From assembly GCF_006345805.1 (NCBI RefSeq), contig NC_043010.1, positions 2,418,001 to 2,482,000 on the forward strand: DNA of 64,000 bases. The letters run 5' to 3'. Source of the stretch: Octopus sinensis (lineage: Eukaryota). The notes beneath the pieces are model-generated. The model did no database searches, was not told the origin of the DNA, and saw only the letters and a list, made by a program, of their open reading frames with translations. Both the position numbers and the translations under genes were made by a program. Of the stretch, positions 38,346 to 51,515 are shown in pieces (the first letter of the stretch is position 1; the number at the start of each line of letters is the position of its first letter).

Positions 38346-39543
38346 TATTATATATAAAAATAAAAATTATTAGAGACAAAACCACTATTTTGCAAAACAA
38401 ACAAGGAAAGACTTAATCAATACATAAAATTTTAATTATTTTACTATAAAATTGGATTTAATCCTAAATCTGATTTTTTCCCTGTAAATTTGGATTTATT
38501 CCCTAATATTTATTATTTATATATATATATATATATATATACTCATACATACATATATATACACATACATACATATATATATAGCTATTTTGGTCGAACC
38601 AAGCAGCAAACATCCATTGGTGGCTGCAAGTATCAAGTACAATTTGACGTCTATCAATATATTTGATGTATTTTCATTCGAAAACAAACAGCACAATTTT
38701 ATATTTGAAAATAAAATGTTTACCAAAAAAGAAAGAAAAAAAAAGAAACAAAGAAAAAAAAAGAAGGAAAAAAAAGAAATAAATACTATTATGAAGAATT
38801 TTCATCAAATGCTATATACCCACCCACATGCATATATCTACAGAAGTACATTCACACAAGTACATATATATGTATACACATTCATATAACTACATACATA
38901 TACAGGCAATATACGTTCATGCACATTACATCTGTCATCTTCTGCAGTTTGCCTCTATGCAAAAGGAAAAAAAAAATGGATTTTAATCTAATTTAGTGTA
39001 CTGCAATTTCTGTAAAGCCCAAACTTCAAATACACAATGAAATGAAACAAGAATTATATGCACACACACACATACACACACGCACGCACACATACATATA
39101 TAAAACAATATAAGAATAAAAAACATATATACAAACAAGCAAAAAACCCATCAAAACAATAAAGAAAAGGCATTATGTCTTTTGATCAATCACTCGCAGA
39201 TGATTTGTGGTCTTCTGATATATTGGTGGTACACACGGATACATACATATTCACATACACATACATGCATGCATTTATGTTTGCATGTATGTGTACACAC
39301 ACATATACGTAGATGTCCACGTATGCACACACATCTAACTTGCTATTATCTGCTTCCATGTGCTCAGAAAAGATTGGCTTCTATGTTCGGTAAAGATTCT
39401 CTCTACTTCATGCAGTAAAGAGAGCAGATGTAAGGTTTTGGTAAACATCTTATAAAATACACACACTTATACACACACACACACACACACACATGCATGT
39501 GTATGTTTCTATGTATGCATGTGTGAATGTGTGTGTGTGTATG

Positions 39544-39577
<34 letters not shown>

Positions 39578-40147
39578 AATGTGTGTGTGTATATATATAT
39601 ATATATATCTAAACACAAATACACATGCACAAAAAGAGTAAATATTGAAATTTCTGTCCCTGTTACTGTAGAATAGGAAATAGAATAAAAAATGTCAGAT
39701 TATAGGATATAGAATATTTCAAATTGTGATCGTTGTGGGGGGGGGCATTTCACAACCACAGAAGATGCCCACCTGGTTATAGATATCCAGTATGCAATAA
39801 ATCTGAGAGTGAAGCAGGCTGCTTTACAACATCAATCTGAATGAACATAGCTAACGTATGAGTCTCTATGTGGTCCTTTGCCCTGGCAGAGATAGCACCT
39901 AACTTTGGCTCAAAGCATATTTTGCCGTCTTCAGAATGAGAGAATGGGAGGACACATAGGAGAATGTGGCTCTTGATATATTCTGTTTGAAAAAACATTA
40001 TATCTTTCACTAGCATAACTAGATGGTGTGCTGCCCAGAGTGGCTCTTCCGTTTCCACCCCTGGACCCCACAAAATATCATCATCATCAACATCATCATT
40101 TAACGTCCGCTTTCCATGCTAGCATGGGTTATATATATATATATATA

Positions 40148-40394
40148 ACTAATGTAGGATAAAATTTTTTTATGGGTATGAGTAAGTATTTCACTTATAT
40201 CTCACGTATTTATCGCTGAAGAGGAGAAAATTCTTATGAATTAACCCCGAAATTGTGACCAATACGGTAATAACGGATTTTTTAGAAATTTCTATCAGTT
40301 TGTTTTGAGACGCATAAATTATAATGGTTATTGACAATTTTTGTCTTTTTTCGGCATATTTGGCATTAGAATTTTTCTTTTGCCCTCATTTTGT

Positions 40395-40398
<4 letters not shown>
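40148..40398 (+). mobile_element. (TA)n-embedded ~250-bp element carrying a hammerhead ribozyme (Penelope-like or retrozyme-like)
   Basis: TA runs at 40131-40147 and 40399-40425; no TIR or ORF; contains the fold below. Confidence 0.65.
40205..40275 (+). ncRNA. Type I hammerhead ribozyme
   Basis: Stem I ttatcg/cggtaa; CUGAAGA 40216-22; stem II closed by G40223-C40248; GAAA 40249-52; stem III ttg/caa with tgac loop; AUA triplet, predicted cleavage after 40264. Confidence 0.8.
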
Positions 40399-40429
<31 letters not shown>

Positions 40430-40512
40430 TGCCTACAGCAGACCCAAAAGTGCCACCCGGGGCAGATAGCCCCCCACCCCCAGCTACGCTAGTGGAACTT
40501 TGTCTTTTGTCT

Positions 40513-40905
40513 TTTCCTTGTTTCAGTTATTAGACTGTGGCCATGCTGGGGTACTACCTTCAGGAATTTTAGTTGAACTAATTGACCTCAGGACATATTC
40601 TTTTTAAGTCTGGTACTTATTCTATCAATCTCTTTTGCTAAACTGCTAAGTTACAGGGATGTAAACGCACCAGCATTGTTTGTAAAGTGGTAGTGGGGGG
40701 GACAAACACAGATACAAAGACATATATATATATATATATATACATACACAACAGGCTTCTTTCAGTTCCTGTCTATCAAATCCACTCATAAGGCTTTGGT
40801 TAGCCTGAGGCTATAGTACAAGACACTTGCCCAAGGTGCCACATAGTGGGATTGAACCCGGAACCATGTGTTTGGTAAACAAGCTTCTTACCACATAGAC
40901 ACACC
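40513..40905 (-). mobile_element. SINE family B
   Basis: Complete copy. Confidence 0.85.
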
Positions 40906-41235
40906 TAGGATAAAGCTACTTCACACACACACACACACACTGTAAACAATAAACCAAAAGATCATTTACTTGGCCGATGAAAACTTCATTCTACAATCTC
41001 TAATACAACAATATATTACGTAACGTCTCTCTATCTCTTCTAGTATTGTCATGATATTTCCATTTCTACTGTATTTCACAAACTGTGTAAGATGCAGTTG
41101 TGGGTATGTGAATAAGAAGATTACTTCCCAACCATCTGGTCTTGGGCAAGTATTTCTACTGGGCCAACCAAAGTGGTGTAGTGGATTTGATAGATGGAAA
41201 TTGAAAGAAACCTGTTGCATGTGTGTGTATGTATA

Positions 41236-41295
<60 letters not shown>

Positions 41296-41297
<2 letters not shown>

Positions 41298-41620
41298 AGT
41301 GGGTGTGTGGTAAGAAGCTTGCTTCCCAACCACATGGTTCTGGGTTCAGTCTCACTGCATGGCACCTTAGGCAAGTGTCTTCTACTATAACCTTGGGCCA
41401 ACCAGAGCCTTGTGAGTGGATTTGGTAGACAGAAACTGAAAGAAACCCGTCCTATATATTTGTGTGTGTGTGTGTTTACATCTCTGTAACTTAGTGCTTC
41501 GACAAAAGAAACAGATAGAATAAGTACTAAGCTTACTAAGAATAAATCTTAAAGTTGAATTTTTCATCTAAAAGTGGTGCTCTAGCATGGCCGCAGTAAA
41601 ATGACTGAAACACGTAAAAG
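41296..41620 (+). mobile_element. SINE family B (internal deletion)
   Basis: Head and tail recognisable. Confidence 0.8.
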
Positions 41621-41634
41621 AAGAAAAAATAAAA

Positions 41635-41678
<44 letters not shown>

Positions 41679-41680
<2 letters not shown>

Positions 41681-41960
41681 ACTCAACTGGCACTCTGTTG
41701 GTTACGATGGCGAGGGTTCCAGTAGATCCGATCCATGGAACAGCCTGCTCGTGAAATTAACGTGCAAGTGGCTGAGCGCTCCACAGACACATGTACTCTT
41801 AATATAGTTCACTGGGACAAGGCTGGCTCATTTTGAAATACAGGTGCTACACATTTTTGCCCGGTGAGTGGATTGAAGAAACATGAAATAAGGTCTCTTG
41901 CTGAAGGACAAAACGTGTTGCCAGGAATTGAACTCACAACCTTACAATCGTGAGCTAAAT
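41679..41960 (-). mobile_element. SINE with tail type I but a different head/core from 9165-9540
   Basis: Tail matches about 9370-9540; 5' part reads ..gtgagttcaattcctgg..tccttcagcaagagacctt.. Confidence 0.65.
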
Positions 41961-42631
41961 GTAGACTAAGGAATCAAAGTACCGTGTAGGACTGGAAACA
42001 CGAAAGACAGAAAAAAAGTCAGAACGGAGGACTAAGTAACTCATGTAGGAAAAGTATAGGAGTACAGAGAAATGTGACCAAGTGAGTCAATGGTAAAGAG
42101 AAAAAGAGAGGTGTGAATGGTCATGGGTCACATGGTAGTTGGAGGAGAGAGAAAGAGTCGTGGAAGGCAAAAGGATAGAAGCAATAGAGGGAAGTGTTGG
42201 GGAGGGGGGAGAGAGTGAGAAAGGAGGGAGGAAGGCAAAAGTGAGACAGAAATAGACATTGCATAAAAAATATTCCAAGAATATTCTACAAATGAGTAAA
42301 AAAATAAGCACATAGCAATTCATAAATAATATTTCAAAACTTTAACACAAACACAGCAAAAGGAAAATTTGTAGCTAATTGCTCATCAGTGAATGCCCTG
42401 TCTTCTCTCCTGACAAAAAGATACAAAAGGAAAAGTGAACCCTACTAAAGAAACCCAACAGTCTGGTTGTCATATTTAACGAGAAGCAAGTTCAGACCAA
42501 CAGCATCTCATTAGTTGCTCTCCACTCGTTTCCATTCCCAATCAGACACAAAATTTTGTTCGTTTTTTTTTTGTTTTTTATTTCCAATTGTTACTGCAGA
42601 ATATTAAAATAAATTCCAATTTTTGATTAAT

Positions 42632-43240
42632 CACACAAAAAGCACCCAGGCCCCTCAGTAAATTGGTTGGTACATGGAAGGGCATCCAACCATAAAACCC
42701 ATGCCAAAACAGATCTTGAAGATACTAGTACCACACAAAAAGCACCCAGTCCACTCTGTAAGGTGGTTGGCATCCGCAAGGAAGAGCATCCAGCCATAAA
42801 AACCATATTAAAATAAATCTTACAGGTGCTGGTGCCATACGCAAAGCGTGCAGTCAACACTGTAAAGTGGTTAGCACAAAGAAGGGCATCCAGTCATAAA
42901 AACCATGCCAAAAGAGACCCTGCAAGTGTTGGTCCCATACAAAAAGCACCCAGTTCACTCTGTAAGGTAGATGGCATAAGGAAGGGCATCCAGCCATAAA
43001 AACCATGCCAAAACAGACCTCACAGGTGTTGTTGCTACACAAAAGCAGCAAGGTCAATCTGTAAGGTGGCTGGAATTGGGAAGAGTATCCAGCCATAAAG
43101 ACCATGCCAAAACAAACAGTAAAGTCTGGTGGAATTCTCTGAGTTGCCAGCTCCTGTCAAACCATCCAACCCATGCCAGCATAGAAAACAGAAGTTAAAT
43201 GGTGACAATGGGCATTAAATAATGATGATGATGATGATAA
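42632..43240 (+). repeat. Five tandem ~100-bp copies of the RTE 3'UTR module followed by the RTE tail
   Basis: Units start near 42632, 42732, 42836, 42936, 43035 (aaaagcaccc..gtaaggtgg..gaagggcatccagccataaaaaccatgccaaa). Confidence 0.85.
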
Positions 43241-43325
43241 TAATATATAGTTTATAGATCCAATATAGGTTGAATCAACAAAAAAGTACTCCATGTATGT
43301 ATATGTGTGTATATATATATATGTA

Positions 43326-43379
<54 letters not shown>

Positions 43380-44351
43380 TCATCATCATCATATATATAT
43401 CCTCATCATCATTAGACTGGGCCTGGTGCAGCCTCCTGGCTTCCCAGACCCCGGTCGAACTATCCAACCCATGCTAGCATGGAAAGTGGACGTTAAACGA
43501 TGATGATGATGATGATGATATATATATATATATACATGGATACACACATACACATTCATACATACATACATACACACACTTACATATATTCATATAAGAA
43601 TGTAGTACATATATTCTGATAAAAGCATTCCACAGTCATTCACATACACTTATACACACAGATACATAAAGAGCATTAACATGAAGAACGAATCAATACA
43701 CACCCACACGTGTGCACTTACTTACAGACACATGAGGGAGTGGTACTGAGAAGGCGAGAGGGAGGGGGAGAAATGTTCATTTAATCCCAAGGGAGATTTG
43801 TCAAGGGTAAAGATAATGCGTTGTTCTTTGTATTTTCTGAAGCATGACATTATGTTGTGTTCTCTGAAGCGTAAACAATATATATTTGAACACATCTGGT
43901 CAATGGACTGGACTGGCCAGATGTGTTTAAAAGATGCACATGTATACGGAGTGCACTGGGGAAAACTGCAAAGGTCAATATGAACTGAGAAATCTTTATA
44001 ACTTAGCAACAGAAATATTTTTTCTTTCTCTATGAAGACCACAAATAGTTGCCTTAGGTTCTTTATTCTTCTGCTCTCACACACACCTGCACACATGCCT
44101 TTATATGGGTATGTATCGTCGTCGTCGTCATTTTAACATCCACTTTTCCATGACTGCATGGGTCAGGTGGAGTCTATTGATGCAGATTTTTTACAGCTGG
44201 ATGCCTTTCCTGTTGCCAATCCTCGCCTGTTTTCATGTAAAGTAGTAATGCTCGACAGCCAGATATGTTTCCTCAGAATACTGGAAATGAATGACATTCA
44301 CTTACAACTATCACACAATATCAAGACAAGGAGATAAATGCACTCATAGAC

Positions 44352-44391
<40 letters not shown>

Positions 44392-44393
<2 letters not shown>

Positions 44394-45417
44394 TCATCAT
44401 CATCATCATTTAACGTCTGCTTTCCATGCTAGCATGGGTTGGACGATTTGACTGAGGACTGGCAAACCAGATGGCTGCACCAGGCTCCAATCTTGATTTG
44501 GCAGAGTTTCTACAGCTGGATGCCCTTCCTAATGCCAACCACTCTGAGAGTATAGTGGGTGCTTTTATGTGCCACCAGCATGAGGGCCAGTCAGGCGGTA
44601 CTGGCAACGGTCATGGAAAATCTTGTTTTTTATTTTACGTGTCACCTGCACACGTGCCAGTAAAGCAACGCTAGTCATGATCACACTCGAATGGTGCTTT
44701 TTACATGCCACCGGCATGAATGCCAGTTAGCCGCTCTGGCAACGATCATGCTTGGATGGTGCTCTTAGTGCTCCACTAGCACAAATGCCAGTAATTGAAT
44801 TTGATTTCGATTCCGATTTCACTTGCCTCAACAGGTCTTCGCAAGTAGTGTCCAATGAAGGGAAGGTATGAATAAGTGGGCTGGTTACACCCCTGGCTTA
44901 GGCTACAAGGTTATGGTCTCACTTGGCTTTCCTGGGTCTTCTCAAGCACAGCATATTTCCAAAATACTTGGCTACTGATCATTGCCTCAGTGAGGCCCAA
45001 TGTTCGAAGGTCATGCTTCACCACTTCATCCGAAGTCTTCCTGGGTCTACCTCTTCTACAGATTCCCTCAACCGCTAGGGTGTGGCACAGCTATCCTCAT
45101 CCATTCTCACCACATGACCATACCAGCGCAGTCATCTCTCTTGCACACCATATCTGATGCTTCTTAGGTCCAACTTTTCTCTCAAGGTACTTACACTCTG
45201 TTGAGTATGCATACTGACATTACACATCCATTGGATCATACTGGCTTCATTCCTTGTGAGCTTACGCATGTCCTCTGCAGTCACAGCCCATGTTTCACTG
45301 CCATGTAGCATGGCTGTTTGTACACATGCATCATACAGTCTACTTTTTACTCTGAGTGAGAGGCCCTTTGTCACCAGCAGAGGTAAGAGCTCTCTGAAGT
45401 TTGCCCAGGCTATTCTT
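44392..45417 (-). mobile_element. 5'-truncated RTE-clade LINE (ORF C-terminus, long 3'UTR, (GAT)n tail)
   Basis: WANFRELLPLL..KSRLYDACVQTAMLHGSETWAV..RNEASMIQWMCNV; parent of many short tail fragments in the window. Confidence 0.9.
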
Positions 45418-45626
45418 ATGGATGGACGGATGGATGGTTGTATAGATAGATGGATAGATAGATATGACAAGCTTCCTTCAGTTTCCATTTACCTAAATCC
45501 AGTCACAAGGTGTTCGTTGAGATGGGGCTATAGTAGAAGAGAATTGCCTAAGGTACCATGCAGTGAGACTGAATCTGAAAGTACATAATTGGGAAGTAAG
45601 CTTCTAAATCATACAGCCACATCTGC

Positions 45627-45770
45627 ACTTATATGTGTGTGTGTGTGTATGTGTATGCATATGTATACACATATGTATACTTATATGTGTGTGTGTGTGT
45701 ATGTGTATGCATATGTATACACATATGTATACTTATATGTGTGTGTATGTGTATGCATATGTATACACTC
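45627..45770 (+). repeat. Three tandem 52-bp units derived from microsatellite
   Basis: acttatatgtg.. starts at 45627, 45679, 45731. Confidence 0.85.
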
Positions 45771-46272
45771 ACACACACACATTAGGAGTTTTCATTAGGA
45801 GTTTGCTCCAAGTTGCATGTAGCTGCTTTCCAAAACATTTTCTCAACATTTCACGAAGACCTACTTTGACTATTATTGTGTTTAGCTCTATTTTACATAT
45901 TGAGTACCTTCTGTATTGCATTTATATCATGAAAGGATATATATACATACATATATGTATACACACACACATATCAAATATCATATGCTATATAAAACTT
46001 AAGTAAGATTTATATCTACATGAGTAGTGCTATAGAATACATAATGTAACCTTTTCCATTTGGATAGTAACTCTACGAGAAATTCACATATGGAGTGATT
46101 CAAATATAAAGAATTTCTTTAGGGATATACTTCGATAATAATAATTTTTTTCTTCTGTTTTCTTACATTTCTTTCTATTATATTGTCATAAATTATCACT
46201 ACTGGTTTTTCTTTAGTTATGTTTTTTTTTGTTTTTGTTTTTCTTTCTTTTTTTTTGGTGTATGGGTTGGAG

Positions 46273-46377
46273 ATGTTGGTTGAACAACTTATGTTCAGAG
46301 ATGGAGATATTAAACAGACCCAGTCACTACTTTTGCAACTAGAAAGAGATATTGTGATGAAGAAAGCATGTTTCAAG
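46273..46377 (+). CDS. Candidate 105-nt exon (MLVEQLMFRDGDIKQTQSLLLQLERDIVMKKACFK), product unknown
   Basis: Upstream T-rich tract, ggag| acceptor, aag|gtaagc donor, open frame; no homology recognised. Confidence 0.35.
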
Positions 46378-47460
46378 GTAAGCTGTACATCCTTCACTGG
46401 AAGATAATACATATTTTTTTTCTTCTTTTAAATTACAACAGAGTATAGGACATGTTAATGCTAATAACAAAAAAAGAAGTTGAGTGAGAAAATATTTTTT
46501 TTTGTGCAGGGGAGTGGGGTGGGGACTTGTAATTCTATAACAACATTAAATGTGCACAGGATTTTCAAAAGATGGTGAAGGAATGTGGTTGGGGGAAGCA
46601 CACAATAAAACTAATAACAACAACAACAATAATAATAATAATAATAATAATAATACCACTTGCACAACAGGAAAGAATTATCTACTTTTTTGAGGGTTGT
46701 AAAGATAGAAAGTAATTTTTTTCTTTCTTCTATCCAGTCAACCATGTGAGAATAAACATTTTCTTCCTTTATACATTTACACTTATTTATATATCCATTT
46801 ATCATTGTTGTATGTTCTATTATTGTTGTTGTTGTTGTTTTTATTGTGTTGTTGTTGTTGTTGTTGTTATTTGGACTGTTTGCATTGTTTTATCTAACAA
46901 TTTTCAAAAACAGAGGATCAAAACACCTTTTTTCTATCATGCCCCAGAATGCAGAAAGGAGAAAAAAAAATGTTTTGCTTAGAATTTTTCAAATATTTAA
47001 GAAAGTACTTGCATGTGACTGCATGCATGTGTGGGTTGAGGAAAAGCATTTAGTTGTAGAAATCATGCTGAAGCAGACACTGGAGTATGATACAACCCTT
47101 CTGGTCAGCATGGAAAATAAAGGTTAAATGATTATGATGATATATGCTATACTGTACTGCAGAATATATCAATAACTTTTAGCCACTGCTATATGCAAAC
47201 CAACATAGTAGACATATGAACATGTCAAATTTACCTATTACTTCACAGAATGAAATATTGTTGAAGAGCCTTGATCAATTTTTAGTGCTTATTAGGGTCT
47301 CATCAGAGGTTTTTTTACATAACTTAACCAATACCAGAGAAACAAGCAACCAATCTGTTGATATCAAATGTAGTAGATCCAGAGAACTGAAGTTAACAAT
47401 TTACCTACTGTAAGTGTTTAAACAGAGGTAAATGTAAATACCTTGGCTTTATATACAATA

Positions 47461-47765
47461 CTAGCAGTATCGCCCGGCGTTGCCCAGGTTTGTAATGGAA
47501 ATAACTATATAAGCATTTTTAGAGAGTTACTTCCCTTATATAAACCGAGCAAAATATGCATTAAAAATGTGGAAAAATGATGGTAAATTTTTTTTTAAAT
47601 CGTAGACTCATCATAGACGCGCGCTAATACCCAGAAGGGCTCAATATTAATCACGACTATAAGATACCCACTTTTGGTTAAACTGCACCACAAAATGTGA
47701 GAGTAGTTAGGAATCTAAATCAGAGTAGACAGACATACACACAACTTCAGTTTTATATATAAAGA
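47461..47765 (-). mobile_element. Non-autonomous Helitron H1 lacking the internal duplication
   Basis: A|TC ... CTAG|T on minus strand with hairpin. Confidence 0.9.
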
Positions 47766-49745
47766 TTTCCATGGATAGAAAAAGCAGAACTAGCCAACTC
47801 TGTTTCAATCCTGTACTGGGGTTTTATCAATGATAGAGTAACTTCTTTAACTATCCATGGAGATACTGCTTATCAAACCACTATTGGTTAGAACTGAAAT
47901 TTACTAATGGTTTAAACCATGTGCAGACTGATTTGCACAAATAACATATTCTTGGCACCCAATTCAGTCGTACAATATGGAAGCAAAACATTGCTCATGC
48001 ACCAATAATATATTAATCAAACAAGGGTGGCAAGCTGGTAGGATTGTCAGGATGCTACACAAAATGGATAGCAGCATCTCATCTGTCTTTACATTCCGAG
48101 TTCAAATTCTGCTGAGGTCGACTTCACCTTTCATCCTTCCAAGGTCAATAAAATAAGTACCAGCTGAGCATTGAGCTGATGTGATTGACTTAACCCCTTC
48201 CCTGAAACTGATGGCCTTGTGCCAAAATTTGAAACCAGTATATAAATTAAACTGGATGCCAAGGATATATTATATATGCAATTCAGTCTATCAAACTGTT
48301 TCAAAAAACAAAAAAAAAAGGATTATGAAAAAGAATGGAACCATATTCCTTGAAAGTGCTAAATCCTAAAATAATTTAAGCCACATCTTCTAACACCCAT
48401 CCTTCAGTTAATCTACTAACTGCTGCCTTACTCCTTCAAGAGCTCTAAATGATACCATTTGTCCCCACTACACTTTGCATTGTATTTCTACTACTGTCCC
48501 TCATTTACCTCCTCCTCCTCCCTTACCTACCCTTATTTATTTCCTTCACTTTCCCTCTTCCAAACTGATATTCACTGTACCTACCTCAATCCCCATCTCT
48601 AATCATTTGTCCCAACCGTTTCTCACTCTTGCGAACTCATCTGCCCACCCACCCTTTCTGTTCCTCTCTCTCCCTATTCTCTCTCATATTTATCTTGTAT
48701 CTTGATAGTATGCCCTCACCATCACACATACTCTCACTCTCTCTCTCTCTCTGTCCAGCAGGAGAAGCCATGTAATTACCCCTTCAGCAAGACACCTATT
48801 CCCATCAATCTACCACATTTTCACTTCTTTCAACACAACCTGCCCACTCAGATGAGGAAACTTATCAGGTCTGTGCTTGGTGACACCAAAATCTTCCCAG
48901 TATACGCTGTAAAAGGGGCTGACATTAGGAAGGGCATCAGGCTCTAGAAGCCATGCCAAAGTAGACAATGGAGTTTTAACGCAGCCCTCTGGCTCATCAG
49001 TTCTTTTGAACTATCTAGCCAATGGAAACAAAGGAAAAATGGGCATTAAATGGTGGTGGTGGTGGTAGTGATGATGATGATAATGATGATGATGATTATA
49101 ATGTTGGTGATGATGATGATGATGATCACTAACAACATAATAACAATGATCTCATACACGATAAGAACCAAAATATAGATTTTGTGCACAATTTTATTCT
49201 TATTTACTCTAAACTTATTTGATTTCTATTCTGATAGCCAACAGTGAGTACAAATAACATCGTTTGAAATGCAAACTACTCTCAATTTATCTGATTTAAT
49301 GTGAATATATTTCTCTGGTAAATAAAAATTTCAAAATTGTACTGATGATATCTAATGGAGTGAAACCTTTATGCAATTTCTATATTAAAACATTGAATAA
49401 ATATAAAATGGATTAACTATATCATCATTTGTTTGTTTCTCAAATATATTTTTGAATTTCTTAAAGAAAATATATCATTAAAAAACAATTATTTTCTTTC
49501 TTTGATAGAAGTAAGTAATGAACCTGAATGACTGCTCTGTCTGTGTATTGGCATGCACACACACACACGTGTGCACGTGTGTGCATGTGTGCTGGAGTGC
49601 GTGTGTGTGCATGTGTGCTGGAGTGCATGTGTGTGCATGTGTGCAGGAGTGCGTGTGTGTGCGTGTTTATGTAGGTATGTATGTATAATAACAACAACAA
49701 CAGCAACAACATATTTGTTTAATCCCTGCTAACAATGGAAAAACT

Positions 49746-49781
<36 letters not shown>

Positions 49782-49783
<2 letters not shown>

Positions 49784-50180
49784 CACAGACATGGCTGTGT
49801 GGTAAGAAGCTTGTTTCCCAACCACAGGGTTCTGGGTTCACTCCCACTGCATGGCACTTTGAGCAGATATCCTCTATTATAGCCTCAAGCTAACCAAAGC
49901 CTTGTGAGTGGATTTGGTAGTTGGAAACTGAAAGAAACCCATCATATATATACATATATATATGTATATGTATACATCTATGTGCCTGTGTTTGTCTCCC
50001 CCCATCACCACTTGGCATGCGATGTTGGTGTGTTTACATGTCCATAATTTAGCAGTTGAGCAAAAGAGATTGATAGAATAAATACTAGGCTTAGAAAAAT
50101 TAAGTCCTGAGGTTGATTTGTTCAACTAACAAGCCTCCATGGTGGTGCTCCAGCATGGCTGCAGTCAAACGACTGAAAGA
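49782..50180 (+). mobile_element. SINE family B
   Basis: Complete copy after (TA)n. Confidence 0.85.
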
Positions 50181-50249
50181 AGTATATGAATAAATGAAGA
50201 TAATTTCCTTGGGTCCACCCCTTCACACTTTCATAACATACAAACGGTT

Positions 50250-50457
50250 TTAGGCATTTCATTTTTGTGAAATGTAATGCTTATTTATTCCCATTGTTTT
50301 GAATTACTTATGCATTATCTCACAGCTTTGACTTCAATGATTCGACTCTTTTGGGAATGACATTGAAGGGTAAGTGTGTAAGGTTGAATCTGACCAGTTC
50401 AAACATGGAACAAGTAGAATAACTGGACCAGGCATGGCTGGCTTAAATGCTAAAGGG
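50250..50457. mobile_element. Possible piggyBac-type MITE, left end eroded
   Basis: Ends ..gctaaaggg|TTAA (50458-61); no clear left TIR. Confidence 0.45.
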
Positions 50458-51209
50458 TTAAACCCATTCTAAATACAGCCAATGTCTTCAAAAGTGAGAG
50501 TGAGGTTGAGAAATAGATAGGGAGATGAATTAACATGAGGAAGGGCACCCAAGCATAGAAACTGTGCAGACACTGGAGGTTGCCAGCTCTTGTAAAATCA
50601 TTTAATCCATGCCAGAATGGAAGAGTTTATTTATTTATTCACTTTTTCACAATTTTTTCCATGATACTGGTTTTAAAGTATAGGCAGCCATGAGTTTTTA
50701 TTGAGTGGTACATAAGAAATACACCAGGAACTTTACTCAATAAAAACTTAAACCATACACAAACATACACACAACACACACATAAACACATGTGTGTGAG
50801 TGTGCATGTTCATGTGTGCATGCGTGTGTGCATGCGTGTGTGCATGTGTAGAAATTATGACCAAAATGTGGATTACAAATGCAAAGGAAGAGGAGTCAAC
50901 TGAATCATCAGTGATGGTCACTGAGAAAATATCTGGTGAAGTAGGAGAGGTACGAGTCATTCATAAAATTAGCCAAGTAATGCAGGGAGTGCAATACCCA
51001 ATCATTTGTGCAAGAGTATCTGCATCAATTGCTACAAAAGCACAGAAGATGCTCAAGAAAGAAACGACTATAGAGACATGAAACTGATAGAGCCGAATTA
51101 TACAAGTAACTGAAATAGTTATACATGTAACCTCATTTATAAATAATTCATTCATCACCAATCCAGGATAACATGGTATGTAAAATTGTGAAATATGCTA
51201 TGCTTATTG

Positions 51210-51515
51210 GCCATGCATGAAGGTGTCTGGTGGGTGAACTGAGCTGTGATGTCCTTCTCCCAACTTCACTTCCCAACTGGCAGAAACTGGTGGGTGGGCA
51301 GCTGAAGACCTGGGTTACGACGATCAAAGAGGACCTCTCTGTGCTCACGGGGCCGCAGGTGGTCGGCCTGTGCCGATGGAACCGTGACTGGCTTGCTATC
51401 TCCAGTGAACTGGCGCAGGACCATCATGCATGGGCAGCCATGGTTCGAGATGCCTCGAGGGTGCTGGAAGAAGCCGACTCAACCCACCCAGGGTGAATGT
51501 CACCACAAGTACAAG
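51210..51515 (+). mobile_element. 5'-truncated RTE-clade LINE 3' end with 11-bp TSD
   Basis: GGQLKTWVTTIKEDL..WNRDWLAISSELAQDHHAWAAMVRD*; (CAAGTA) tail; tatgcttattg at 51199-209 and 51516-526. Confidence 0.85.

Noticed and set aside
39770-40073. 98-aa minus ORF and an RCYLCQGKGPH knuckle-like peptide in another frame
   Set aside because: Incomplete CCHC, multiple stops, no other retroelement motif
42632-43115. Regularly spaced repeats resembling a CRISPR array
   Set aside because: Eukaryotic context, whole units are homologous (no unique spacers), derived from LINE 3'UTR
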